DNA of 64,000 nucleotides from Chiloscyllium plagiosum (GCF_004010195.1 NC_057749.1:21796745-21860744); one strand, 5' to 3'; counted from the stretch's first letter, positions 1 through 11,930 are shown. The notes: generated by a model not told the origin, from the sequence alone. Numbers and translations are program-made.

Positions 1-180
1 TGTGTGTGTGTGTATGGGTGTGTGTGTGTATGGGTGTGTGTGTATGTGTGTGTGTGTTTGGATGTGTGTGTGTGTATGGGTGTGTGTGTGTATGGGTGTG
101 TGTGTGTTTGGATGTGTGTGTGTGTGTGTGTATGGGTGCGTGTGTGAGTGTGTGTGTTTGGATGTGTGTGTGCCTGTGTA
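1..180. repeat. Degenerate (TG)n microsatellite with tatggg/tttgga interruptions
   Basis: Directly visible TG dinucleotide array. Confidence 0.95.
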
Positions 181-181
181 T

Positions 182-481
182 GGGCGGCACGGTGGCACAG
201 TGGTTAGCACTGCTGCCTCACAGCGCCAGAGACCCGGGTTCAGTTCCCGCCTCAGGCGACTGTGTGGAGTTTGCACATTCTCCCCGTGTCTGCGTGAGTT
301 TCCTCCGGGTGCTCCGGTTTCCTCCCACAATCCAAAGATGTGCAGGTCAGGGTGAATTGGCCATGCTAAATTGCACGTAGTGTTAGGTGTAGGGGAATGG
401 GTCTGGGTGGGTTGCGCTTTGGCGGGTCGGTGTGGACTTGTTGGGCCGAAGGGCCTGTTTCCACACTGTAAGTAATCTAAA
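182..481 (+). mobile_element. tRNA-derived V-SINE (HE1-like), full length
   Basis: Head gggcggcacggtggcacagtggttagcactgctgcctcacagcgcc with A-box, B-box-like gggttcagttccc, V-domain-like core gtgtggagtttgcacattctccccgtgtctgcg...tttcctccgggtgctccggtttcctcccaca, CR1-like tail gggccgaagggcctgtttccacactgtaagtaatctaa; many copies in the window. Confidence 0.9.
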
Positions 482-2419
482 GTTTATACAGGCTACTGTA
501 GCCCTTATAGCCAGGATACCAGCCCCTAGAATAGAGTACTGCAGTGGGCCCACTACAGACACGACTCCTCATTCCATCTCCCCCCGCCCCACCGTCTATA
601 AAATACACTCAGCCCCACATTTTCTCTCAACCTCCTTTCCGTGCAGGACATGCCTTACCCAGCTCCCTGTTTATGTCTCTCTGTCGCTGTCATGATTTCA
701 GATCTCTCTCGCTCGCTGTTTCCATCCCAATTTCTATATCCCCCTCTCTTTCCCTCCACTTTTGCGCTGTCCCCCATCCTCTCTGCTCGTTTCAATCGAT
801 TTCCGACAGGTTCTGGTTCCCTCGCACTCGGGTTGTGTTTTTCTCAAAGCTTCTGTCTGTCTCTCAGCCTCCGATTCAGCCTCTGTCTCACTCCTAACAT
901 CCTCTCTTTCGATGCCCCAGTTTCTGTATTAATTCGTTTTACTGTATGACTCTGTCTCTCACCCTGTCTACTTTTTAACCATTCCCTCTCCCTATATTAT
1001 TTCCTTGCTATCTTTATCTTGATGTCTTTTCTCTCTCTTAACTATATCTATTCCTATCTCATTCTCTCTTTTTCTCTGTCTCAATCTTCTGTCTGCCTGC
1101 CTCTCTCCATCTCTCTGCCTGTGTCTACCAGCATTTGCTCCCTCTCTCTCTCCCCGTTTGAAATTAAATGGGAAAAGCACTTAACTCTGGGACAAGCGGC
1201 GTCCTGCCTTAATCCATCTTTCCGCTCCTAGCCTATCTGAATTTCTCTCCCTGTATTATTATACTCCCATCTTGAACAAGAAGAGGTGATATAGCAAGGC
1301 TCAGGGACAAAAAAAAACAAAACATTCGACAAAGACAGGGCAGAGAGTCTCCTCAGCCGTCCGGTGGACAGGGGCAACCCGCTGTGTTTTTTTGTGTGTG
1401 TGTGGGATCGTACCGTGCAATTTGGCTGCTCCGCCCGTCAATCCAGTGGTATCTCTCGGCTGGCAATCTCCAAACCTACTCCACACCCACCCAGCACCAC
1501 TAGCAACCTCCCTCCCCCAGGTGTGAGTGAGGAGATAGAACAGAGAATATTTCCAGCTCTCGGGAATGCAGGCAGAGAGAAGGGGAGGTACCGTGCGGAG
1601 AAAATACATTGGAGAAAGGTTCCTCGAGATTTTTGATCTGGTTTATCATCGTCACCTGTACTTAGGTACAGTGAAAAGTTTTGTGTGCGATGCAGGCGGA
1701 TGGTACTGCGTCAGGGTCAGAGAACAGAGCCAATGTTGGGACTGCACACTAGACGCACAATGAGCGAAATCAACATTTAAAAACTGAGGCGTCCATTCAG
1801 AAACCTTATAACAGCGGGGAAGAAGCTGTTCTTGAATCTGTTAGTGCATGCCTTTATTTTGAAAAAAAAATATAAGCTATTTGCTCTCGATTAATCACAG
1901 TTCCACAGTAAACAAAGTGTCCCTGAGACTCGGCCTGACAATTCTAGCTCGTCAACAGCAGCAAATTAACAGCCACGGTGTGTGCATGTCTATGGGAGGG
2001 TGGGGTGGGAATAACGCTAGAGAAATCGGACGGTAGGGAGGCATGGGGCTGGCAGGGATGGGCACTGCAAGCATTAATCCTCTGGGCACCAATGTACCAG
2101 AGGGATAGAGAGGCAGTTGTCAGAGAGAGAACAATAGCTTTTCTTTTTTTTTGGGGGGGGGGTCTCTTTTCGGAGGTGGGGGTGAATGCTGGGGTGGAGA
2201 TGTGAAGAAACCTCTTGAGGACGGTCTATAGGATGAGCAGAGGGTGCAGCCCTCATCCGATCCCATCAGATGACTACACCAACAGTGTAGTCCCCCCCCC
2301 CCCCCCACCCCCGGAGTGTGCTTTCTCCGGTTTTCTGTAGAACCCGTTCCCCCTGTTTAAAAAAAAACACCCGAAATGTGACTTTCGCCACCAGAGGTTA
2401 AGGGAGTTCGACCTCCCCC

Positions 2420-3370
2420 TTTCCTACCTTAATATATGCGCAATTAATTGAGATATCTTTTATACTTGGTGCGTTGTAAAGTTAATGCGTAATTTATGTA
2501 ATTAGTCGATTAAGTATAATTCCAGCATATGTTCCAAACGCCCAGAAGGTGTTCTGTACAGGTACTTATTTGTCGGCCGTTTTGATATCACGAAAGACGG
2601 CTAATTAATTTTACATGCATATTAATTTAGTATCTATTTAACAGCTCCCTTTGTGATCTCAGATTTAATATTGATCTTCCCACTGTTTTTTTTTAGTTTT
2701 AGAGGGAGTCGGCGAAGAGGAGAGATAATGCCACAAAGCGAGTGGTAAATCTCTGAAAGCAAGTGGGTTCCAATTAAACCAGAACTGCTCTCTGGCCCAG
2801 TCAGCTCGCACCGAGTGTTATAATCAGAGGTAAATTAATGAACATTATAATTAATAAAAAGGGCGGCTTTGTAACCGCTATGCTAATGAAGTTAAATGAG
2901 TATGTTGTGAAATGTTCACCAATCCTGCACGCTACCACAGACCTTAATTCTGTACAGCACTAAAGGCCTTTACAGACATAATGAGTTATCCTGTCTGCTA
3001 ATTAATTGACAGACTCCTGAATATTCATACCGAGGGCCGGTATATTCCTAATTGCGCTGCAGAATGTATCTCCGAGGAAGGTAAATCGCCCTAGACTTAA
3101 TTAATATAATGTATTCCAGATATAACAGGCTGAAGGTGAGACATTTACCGACATATATTGAGATTGTGACACACACCATTGAGTCAAAGCATTCCGTGTC
3201 CATTGGAATTTGACCAAAATCCCATTTACCATCTTCAGTTTGCAGGGTCTGATTTAAAGCTTCCCCCCTCTTTATTTTTTTTTTATACACACACACACAC
3301 GATACATTGAAGTTAATTTCTATCGCCAGTGTATTTAACCAAATGTTTACATTAACTGCCGCCCGCAGCT
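2420..3370. promoter_or_regulatory. Candidate conserved non-coding enhancer block upstream of foxb1
   Basis: Unique AT-rich sequence dense in TAAT/ATTA homeodomain cores (caattaattg, taattaat, ctaattaattg), a POU-like tatgctaatga site and forkhead-like tgtttac; no repeat character. Function is inferred. Confidence 0.5.
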
Positions 3371-3627
3371 CCGACTTGTTTGTCAGTGAAGACTCCACAC
3401 TGTGCTACCAGGACTATGCCCTTCTCCCGCACACTCCAACCCCCCACCCCCACCCCCTTCCCGTGTCCATCCCTGCCGCCAGCTCACATCACACAGCCCC
3501 CTCCCCAACCCATCCCGCCCCCTGGAATCTGCCTCACCTCAGGGCAGATACTGACACTCGCACCTGGCTACAGAAACACTAGCCCGCTTCCAAAACTCTC
3601 AGCCACGTTCCGACTGGGGTGTTACAA

Positions 3628-3700
3628 GGTTAAAAATCACACCACACCAGGTTATAGTCCAACAGGTTTAATTGGAAGCACTGGCTTTCAGAGCGCCGTC
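3628..3700 (-). mobile_element. Short Penelope-like (PLE) terminal fragment, family A
   Basis: gttaaaaatcacaccacaccaggttatagtccaacaggtttaattggaagcactggctttcagagcg matches copies at 51576 and 55071. Confidence 0.7.
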
Positions 3701-3789
3701 AGATGTAGACGGAGCGGGCACTCCAAGGACCACCCCAGGTCCAATTCCATCTGGAAGGACAAGGCAGCAGCTACATGTGCAACGACGAC

Positions 3790-3880
3790 AATAAAGCAGA
3801 AATTGCTGGAGAAGCTCAGCAGGTCTGGCAGCATCTGTGGAGGGAAAGCAGAGTTAACATTTCGGGTCCAGTGATGCTCA
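3790..3880 (-). mobile_element. Short PLE-derived fragment, family C
   Basis: gcagaaattgctggagaagctcagcaggtctggcagcatctgtggag...gagttaacatttcgggtccagtga matches copies at 21628 and 56958. Confidence 0.7.
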
Positions 3881-3904
3881 GATACATGGGAACACCACCC
3901 CCTC

Positions 3905-4440
3905 ACCCCTGCCAGTCCTCCAAGCCACTCGCCATCCAGACTGGGAAGTATTATCGCCGTTCCTTCACTGTCGCTGGGTCAAAATCCTGGAAATCCCCTG
4001 TCTTAGGGTATTGTGGATCAACCCACAGCACATGGGGGCAGAGTTTAATGCGAGAGGGGAAAGATTTGAAAGGGACCTGAGGGGCAACTTTTGTTTTCGG
4101 GGAGAAGGGTAGTGCATGTATGGAATGAGCTGCCAGAGGACGTGGTGGAGGCTGGTATCATGACTACATTTAAAAGGCATCTGGATGGGTATATGAATAG
4201 GAAGGGTTTGGAGGGATATGGGTCAAATGCTGGCAAATGGGGCGAGATGAATTTCGGATATCTGATCAGCACGGACGAGTTGGACCGAATGGCCTGTTTC
4301 CGTGCTGTCCAGCTCTATGACTCCCCGACTACGGCTGCACGGTTCATGAAACTAGCTCACCCCCACCCTTTCAAAGGCAGCTAAAGACAGTCAATAAGTG
4401 TTGGCCCAGCCAGCGATGTCCAAATTCCCTGAATAAATAC
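3905..4440 (+). mobile_element. LINE 3' end (CR1/L2 group) interrupted by a CR1 3' fragment at ~4040-4322
   Basis: Outer element tcgccgttccttcactgtcgctgggtcaaaatcctgg...gctcacccccaccc...ttggcccagccagcgatgtcc; the inner piece encodes RVVHVWNELPEDVVEAG..FKRHLDGYM (CR1 ORF2 C-terminus) followed by the CR1 tail. Confidence 0.75.
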
Positions 4441-4870
4441 TAAATAGCTCATGGAGTGGCTGGTGTACCGGTGGGTTGTACCGACTGTGTGTTTGCAAAT
4501 ACTGCGGGACACATCCCCCCCCACCCCACCACACCCCCTTCGCTTCTCGTCTTTGTTAAGATCCCAACCAGCAGGCACTCCCCTCTCCAATCGACCCGGG
4601 AGGGGGTGAAAGACAGAGAGAGAGAGAGAGAAAAGGCAGAAGATTGCAGGAGTCAGTAACAACCTCGCAGTCAGCGGACTCGCCTTTCCTGGACCCCGCT
4701 GTGTGGGTGGTACCCAGGCACAGGGGAACCTTAAGCAGCTCTAAATGAGCGGCTGAGGGGAGAAAGATTTTATTTCTATTAGCGACCAATAGGAGTTGGG
4801 ATGTGTGTGTGCGCCTGTGTGTGTGTGTCTGTCTGTCTGTGTGTGTATCTGTCTGTGTGTGGGGGGGGGT

Positions 4871-5026
4871 NNNNNNNNNNNNNNNNNNNNNNNNNNNNNN
4901 NNNNNNNNNNNNNNNNNNNNNNNNNNNNNNNNNNNNNNNNNNNNNNNNNNNNNNNNNNNNNNNNNNNNNNNNNNNNNNNNNNNNNNNNNNNNNNNNNNNN
5001 NNNNNNNNNNNNNNNNNNNNNNNNNN
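4871..5026. other. Assembly gap flanked by TG microsatellites
   Basis: Run of N. Confidence 1.
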
Positions 5027-7394
5027 GGGGTTTGTGTGTGGAGTTATGTGTATATGTGTGTGTGGAGTGTGTGTGGGGGTGGTGTGGGTGTATGTGTATG
5101 TGTGTGTGGAGAGAGCGGGTTGGGAGGTGGATGTAGCAGAGGAGATGGAAAACAAACAGAATAAGTTGAATTCCGACGACAGTATTGTTTGATATGAACT
5201 CAGCTCTGACAATGTGGTCCCACACTATCAGATCCATCCATTCGATAGAATTACCCCCGAAGCTTCTCTCTCTCTTCTTTTCTCTTTTGTTACCTTAGTG
5301 TCTGGCAATTGAGGGGCGACGTGTGAAAATGGCTGTTTGATTCGGGTTTTCATCTCGCTGACCCCTTGATTATTGTCTACCGTCACCCAGGCAATGTTCC
5401 GCTTGAGTACCTCGCAGAGGGAGAGCTCAGAAAGTGGCTTCGTTATTCAATACAAGACAACACAACGAATTGTTCGCAGCCCCCCCACCCCCACCCCCAC
5501 CCCCTCGGTGCACGAGACTTCAAATTGCAATCTCGGTTCAGAAGTGCAATGTAATTTAGTTTAGAGAACTTTTGTCCTTCATTGTATGAATGAGCCGAGA
5601 GAGGCAGACACCAACTTGATTGGCCATTGGCTGTGAGGACGGCGGGAGCCGCGTGAATCCCCGTTAGCGTTTCAACTTCTCGATCCCTCGATCCACAAAT
5701 ACTCCCGCAAATGCCCTGAAGTCACATTTGCTTAGGAAATAAACATCTCCCAAGCGTTCCTTGCGGCGCGTTTTATTTTATCAAGTTTCTGAACAGAGAA
5801 AGGGATATTGTGATTTAATTTGCCCACAACCGTGCGAAATTCGGCAGGTTACAAAAGTCCCTTGTCTCTATCTTCTTTAGAGCAGGAAGCTAACCACTCT
5901 GGTTATGAATGAATGCAGTTTTTTTTTAAAAAAAGATATATAATTTGAAAACTGACACACACAGTATAAAACAAAACAGAACAAGAGCAGGGAAAAACAA
6001 ACAAACAAAAAAAATACACATTCCAGGCCGGGATATTTTCTCTGAGTCCATGCATGGAATTGAGTTGCTGCCCTGGTATAGGGAATATCATTTTCCCACC
6101 ACAGGCTTTGTGAGTGAGCAAGGGAGACGGGAAGCGGGTTGTATCTAAACGGGGTCGTTTCTCTCTCTCTGCAGTTCCGCAGTTTTGTTTTGTCGTTGCC
6201 CTTTGTTATGTTTTGCTCCTGTGTTCACTCCCCAAATTTCCAAAGAATGCAAACTGGGAATGAACAACACCTGGACATCAGCCGACACGCTCGAAAACCA
6301 AGAATGCGTTTGTCACTTTGTCGGGAAACGGGAAGGGAGCAGAGTCTGGATTTCTGGAAAAGAAATTAGCATAAATTATGACTAACTCGGGACGTGTGTG
6401 TGTGGTCTTGCTTGTAGCCAGGCGAGCTGAAGGCAAGTCGTCAATGAAGAAGCGAGAAGCGGGGCTTAGAACTAAATGGTTATTTACAGAGACGAAGCTT
6501 TCAGATGGTGTTCTCTACATCATTGACTCCTGTGCGTTTGATGTAATTGAGCCGCTCGCCTCTTGTCATTTCACCAGCTAATGCTCTGAGAACTCCGGCA
6601 TCAAGCACCTTTTTTTTTTAAAAAAATAAAATAAAATTAAAGTTTTGTTTTCGCTCTGCCCAGCGATTTTTGCTTCGTTTGGTTAGTCCCTGTGTGTGCT
6701 CGTGTCTCTTAGACATTGATTCAAGAGGTCTGATTAATACCGAGAAACGTGAGCTAGCATTTCAAACCAAACCGCTGGCATTTTCATAATAACGACCTTA
6801 TTTAATCTCTGGAAATAACCGTGTTTAAGATACGATTTGGCGAGTTACTGAATTTGCACTGACCCCACTCTTGATTGCAGAGAGAGAGAGAGAGAGAAAG
6901 ACTCGGATTTTGGAACGCGACAAGAGATTCAGTCCAAAAATCAAAACGCGTGCTTGCATTTGGTAAAATCATTCCAAAAATTATTTTTAACATTTCGGAG
7001 TGGCGGGGGGGGGGGGGGGATAATAATCCCAGCGTTACACACTTTATTTCCCCCAGCCCCATCGCGAATGGAAAGATTCCCCCTTCAGTACCCGCTTACC
7101 TGCCCCTCCTGACAGAAAGCAAAACGCTGGATTATTTTGAACGGACCCATTCTAAAGTCACAGTCTCTTCACGCGCCAAACTCTGAATCTCGGCTCATCT
7201 TTCCAAATTTGAACAAGAATTCCGATTTGCTCACCTCACGCTGTAACACTTATAACGAAAACTTGTCCACGCTTCTCTTAAATCTTGCTCCCCTCCCTCT
7301 GTAGGACTTTGACTCACACATAAACAACCCTCCCCCCCCCCCCTCCCCACTCCTCACCTACCCCCGTCCCTTCCTCCACCCCTTCCCAAATGCA

Positions 7395-7600
7395 TTGGGG
7401 ATGTGCAGGATTCCCATTGGCTGCAGTCCGGGATGCAAGTAGATGTCAATGAAAACTAGAAGCTGCTGTTTCTCTGTCCCTGTCTCTCTCTCTCTCTCTC
7501 TCTTTCCCACTCCCTCCCTGAAAGAAAAATCTCCAACGCAGTGAGTCATGTGACAGTCCAAAGTGCTACATTAGACCCAGAGACTTCCCAAACACGTTAG
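7395..7600 (+). promoter_or_regulatory. Probable foxb1 proximal promoter / TSS region
   Basis: Reverse CCAAT box (cccattggctg, ~7413-7423) and composite tgagtcatgtgac (AP-1 plus E-box, ~7542-7554), 400-600 bp upstream of the ATG. TSS cannot be placed from sequence alone. Confidence 0.4.
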
Positions 7601-7986
7601 TACATAGAAGCAAAAAAAATAAGACGCGCAAGCAGACAGCAACTTCAGGATCTGGAGGCGAAACAGAATTCGATGAATTCCAGTGATAAGGAAGAACATC
7701 TCAGACCCTCCTTCTTGTGTGCGTGCAGGAGACTTTGCATTTAGTTGGAGAAAGCGACCTCGCCTCCCTTTTGAATTTGGACGGATCAGTGATTTTGGGT
7801 TTTGCTTCCTTTTGTGTCTTGGGTGTGTGTGTGTGTGTGTGAGGAGAGAGAAGTTTCTTATCTTAACATGCCGAAGTTTTGAAGGCTTTCTTTCCCCCTG
7901 TCACTGTCTCTCTCTCTCTCTCACACACACACACTCACACTGTCTCTCTCGATCTCTCTGCATTTGGGGAAATCCATGCAGTCACG

Positions 7987-8678
7987 ATGCCGCGTCCGGG
8001 CAGGAACACTTACAGCGACCAGAAACCGCCCTACTCCTACATCTCGCTGACAGCCATGGCCATCCAGAGTTCCCCGGAGAAGATGTTACCCCTCAGCGAG
8101 ATCTACAAGTTCATTATGGACCGTTTCCCCTATTACCGGGAGAACACGCAGAGGTGGCAGAACTCGCTGCGACACAACCTCTCCTTCAACGACTGCTTCA
8201 TCAAGATCCCCCGGAGGCCCGACCAGCCGGGCAAGGGCAGCTTCTGGGCTCTGCACCCGAACTGCGGCGACATGTTCGAGAACGGGAGCTTCCTGAGGCG
8301 CCGCAAACGGTTCAAGGTGCTGAAGACGGACCACCTGGCGGTGGGGAAAGCTCCGGACGCCGCGCACTACCTGCAGCAGCAAGCCAAGCTGCGGCTCAGC
8401 GCGCTGGCCGTCTCCGCCAGTCCCCTCGCCCAACTGCCCGCCGCCTATGGCATGGCAGGATCCCAGAGCGGCGGCTTCAAGCACCCCTTCGCCATCGAGA
8501 ACATCATCGCCCGGGAGTACAAGAACGTCATGGCCAGCGGTCTCGCCTTCCAGCCTCTGCCCCCCGGGTACCCCATGCCCCTCACCTCGGTCGGGGGCAG
8601 CCTGGGCACCGGCTGGCACCACATGTACAGCGCCAGCGTGATGGACACAGCCCCCCCCCCCTCCGCCCGCCCCCCCCA
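7987..8678 (+). CDS. foxb1: Forkhead box protein B1 (5' part; 3' end lost in assembly gap)
   Basis: [109 protein letters not shown] is a FoxB winged-helix domain. Residues GRNTYS, QSSPEK and RENTQR match my recollection of FOXB1 rather than FOXB2. It is followed by [13 protein letters not shown] and the eh1 motif FAIENII (8488-8508). High GC3 codon usage; A at -3. Confidence 0.93.
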
Positions 8679-9529
8679 NNNNNNNNNNNNNNNNNNNNNN
8701 NNNNNNNNNNNNNNNNNNNNNNNNNNNNNNNNNNNNNNNNNNNNNNNNNNNNNNNNNNNNNNNNNNNNNNNNNNNNNNNNNNNNNNNNNNNNNNNNNNNN
8801 NNNNNNNNNNNNNNNNNNNNNNNNNNNNNNNNNNNNNNNNNNNNNNNNNNNNNNNNNNNNNNNNNNNNNNNNNNNNNNNNNNNNNNNNNNNNNNNNNNNN
8901 NNNNNNNNNNNNNNNNNNNNNNNNNNNNNNNNNNNNNNNNNNNNNNNNNNNNNNNNNNNNNNNNNNNNNNNNNNNNNNNNNNNNNNNNNNNNNNNNNNNN
9001 NNNNNNNNNNNNNNNNNNNNNNNNNNNNNNNNNNNNNNNNNNNNNNNNNNNNNNNNNNNNNNNNNNNNNNNNNNNNNNNNNNNNNNNNNNNNNNNNNNNN
9101 NNNNNNNNNNNNNNNNNNNNNNNNNNNNNNNNNNNNNNNNNNNNNNNNNNNNNNNNNNNNNNNNNNNNNNNNNNNNNNNNNNNNNNNNNNNNNNNNNNNN
9201 NNNNNNNNNNNNNNNNNNNNNNNNNNNNNNNNNNNNNNNNNNNNNNNNNNNNNNNNNNNNNNNNNNNNNNNNNNNNNNNNNNNNNNNNNNNNNNNNNNNN
9301 NNNNNNNNNNNNNNNNNNNNNNNNNNNNNNNNNNNNNNNNNNNNNNNNNNNNNNNNNNNNNNNNNNNNNNNNNNNNNNNNNNNNNNNNNNNNNNNNNNNN
9401 NNNNNNNNNNNNNNNNNNNNNNNNNNNNNNNNNNNNNNNNNNNNNNNNNNNNNNNNNNNNNNNNNNNNNNNNNNNNNNNNNNNNNNNNNNNNNNNNNNNN
9501 NNNNNNNNNNNNNNNNNNNNNNNNNNNNN
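8679..9529. other. Assembly gap (851 N) presumably containing the foxb1 C-terminus and stop codon
   Basis: Run of N directly after the open frame. Confidence 0.95.
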
Positions 9530-9710
9530 GTTGGAGTGGAGTGAGGAGGTAGTGGAGGTTGGAGTGGAGTGGGGAGGTAGTGGAGGTTGGAGTGAAGTGG
9601 GGCGGTAGTGGAGGAGGTAGAGGAGTGGGGAGTGGGGAGGTAGTGAAGGTTGGAGAGGAGTGGAGAGGTAGTGGAGGTTGAAGAGGAGTGGGGAGGTAGT
9701 GAGGGAGAGA
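9530..9710. repeat. Purine-rich simple repeat (ggaggtagtggaggttggagt-type units)
   Basis: Repeated GGAG/GGTAG/GGAGT motifs with strong G-strand bias. Confidence 0.85.
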
Positions 9711-10195
9711 GAGGCCCCGAGAGAAAATGCGAGAGCCCCACCCACCCGAAAATTCCCCTCCAAAATCGATCCACGGCGCCACAGCAATGCAACTCGCCCA
9801 CTCGCTCCCTTCTGAGACTCGGCCGCTGCCCCTCTCTCTGGACAATCGGCAAAGCGAGATCGTGTGCTCCCGGGCGGTGGGGGGAAAAGTCCACGGATTC
9901 TGTGAATAAGACAATGCACTTTTATGGTCATTCCGCCCTCCCCTGAGCCCCCACACGCGCACACATATTCGCTTCTAGAACCGCAACACCGCCGATCATT
10001 TCCTGTCGTGTGTTTCCCGAGCGTGTTGTGAAGACTTGTTGGACTTTCGGTTAATGTAACAGCAGCATGCTGTGTGTAAAACGAAAAAAAAATTATAATT
10101 TGCCGCATTGCATGTTCTACATGGGACAAAAAAAAAACAAACAAAAAACTGTCTGCTTTAAATTATGGACAACTTTATCCAAAAATATTTTCTCA

Positions 10196-10250
10196 ATTAA
10201 AAAGAAATCCTAAAGTACCAGTAACCAACCTCCACTGTGTGGTCCTCTGA
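10196..10250 (+). terminator. Candidate foxb1 polyadenylation signal ATTAAA with downstream GT-rich element
   Basis: ATTAAA at 10196-10201 after an AT-rich 3'UTR-like stretch; tgtgtggtcct about 35 nt downstream. Confidence 0.4.
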
Positions 10251-10509
10251 AAACTGCTCTATTTTGGTGAGAGGGGGAACTATCCCGCTACACAGCAAAA
10301 AGTTTCAGACTGCTGTCTTGAACGAGGGTTGAAAGGATTAAAGCGAGGCGAATCGCTCACTAAAGTGAGGAAGGTGGTGGTGCAATCCAACAGCAGCGGA
10401 GAAATTGCATGTTTTGATTTACAGAAATCAAGTGTTCGCTCGCGAATGGCCTCCGGGCTTGTTTCCATTTCGATTTTGATGTGTAGTAAACGCGGGTTTG
10501 GTTTGTCAT

Positions 10510-10930
10510 GTACACACATACACATACACACACACCCTTCCAAACACACTCACACACACCCCACACACACCCACATACACACACACATACACACCCTTCC
10601 ACTCACACACACCCACACACACATATACACACACCCTTCCAAACACACACACTCCCACACTCACACGGCACTCTTTCAGAGACTTAGACCACTCTACACT
10701 CATGCACACACATATACACTCTCTCACTGATACTCAAAACACCCCACCCCAGACACGCACACACACTCCCACACTCACACATGCACCCCCCTCACAGACT
10801 TAAGACACTCTACATNNNNNNNNNNNNNNNNNNNNNNNNNNNNNNNNNNNNNNNNNNNNNNNNNNNNNNNNNNNNNNNNNNNNNNNNNNNCACACACACA
10901 CAAATATACACACACCTGCACACACACTAT
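10510..10930. repeat. (CA)n-rich degenerate microsatellite including a gap at 10816-10890
   Basis: Visible CA arrays. Confidence 0.9.
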
Positions 10931-11509
10931 TCAGGGACAGGGCCAAGGTGATGGAATTCGGGGCGAATTCACATTGCTGCCTCGGGCTTTCACTTGAATC
11001 CTGTCACTGGGACATGAATTGAGGCGGATCAACCCCCCCCCCCCCCCCCCCGCCTCCGGCGGGCCCCAAGCTGGGGCAGAACGGGCAGCCCTCAGCCTGA
11101 AATGGCCATCTGGCTCAGTCCCGGTGTCGGTTGGAAGAGGCTTGTGATAAATCGACGGCTTTCTCTCGCTCTGCAAATCACAGCTCTAAGTTGTTCGCTC
11201 AGAAACGGTCCAGTGAATGCAGAGTGCCGGGTTGTTGGAGAGGAATAGCTTGCGATTTAACTCGTTTTCCCGGGCTCAACTGGACCCAGTGTGTGGGGTG
11301 GGAGGTATACTGAAGGGCGTGGGAGGGGGGGGGGTGTCCTATTGTTTCTCATAGTAGATAATGAACCCGCATCTAAGCCTGTGTCTGAGCTCTTATTGAT
11401 AGGATCCCACACACCAACAAGAAAGAAGCAGGGAGAAAGGCCGAGAGCTGATCAAGTTCCACTCAACAAGGGGCTGTTTGAAATGCAGGGAACTGCCCGT
11501 TCGTGTCTC

Positions 11510-11930
11510 TCTCACACACACTCTCAGACATATTCACACAAACATACACACACACGCATAAATACACACAGGCACACTCAAACAAACGCACTCAAAAATC
11601 GACACAGACGCACACTTAACATAGAGACAGACACATTCAGACAGACACACTAAAACAAATACACACACTAAAACAAATACACACAAAGACATACACTCAA
11701 ACGTAGACAGACACAAACACTGACACACATGCATGCACACAGTCACACACACAAATCCACACACCCAGATACACATACTCACAATCAAACAAACATACAT
11801 ACAAAAACACACGCACAGACACAAACATACACACAGGCACACTCAAACATAGACATGCATAAATACATATGTACACATCAGCAGACATGAGCACATACAC
11901 GCACACAGAAACATATACATACACACACAG
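11510..11930. repeat. (CA)n-rich low-complexity tract
   Basis: Visible CA/ACAG arrays. Confidence 0.85.

Noticed and set aside
182..260. Functional tRNA genes at SINE heads
   Set aside because: A/B boxes continue into SINE bodies and no cloverleaf is evident
2..380. Cys/Val-rich ORFs
   Set aside because: Translations of a TG microsatellite plus SINE; the same applies to the His/Thr- and Cys/Val-rich ORFs at 10.3-14 kb and 21.3 kb
7879..7986. N-terminal extension of FoxB1 in the ORF track
   Set aside because: Starts at a non-ATG codon and crosses a CT/CA microsatellite; FoxB proteins begin MPRPG at 7987
7683..10144. 500-640 aa ORFs on both strands
   Set aside because: Lengths are inflated by the N gap; they are alternative or antisense frames of the GC-rich foxb1 CDS
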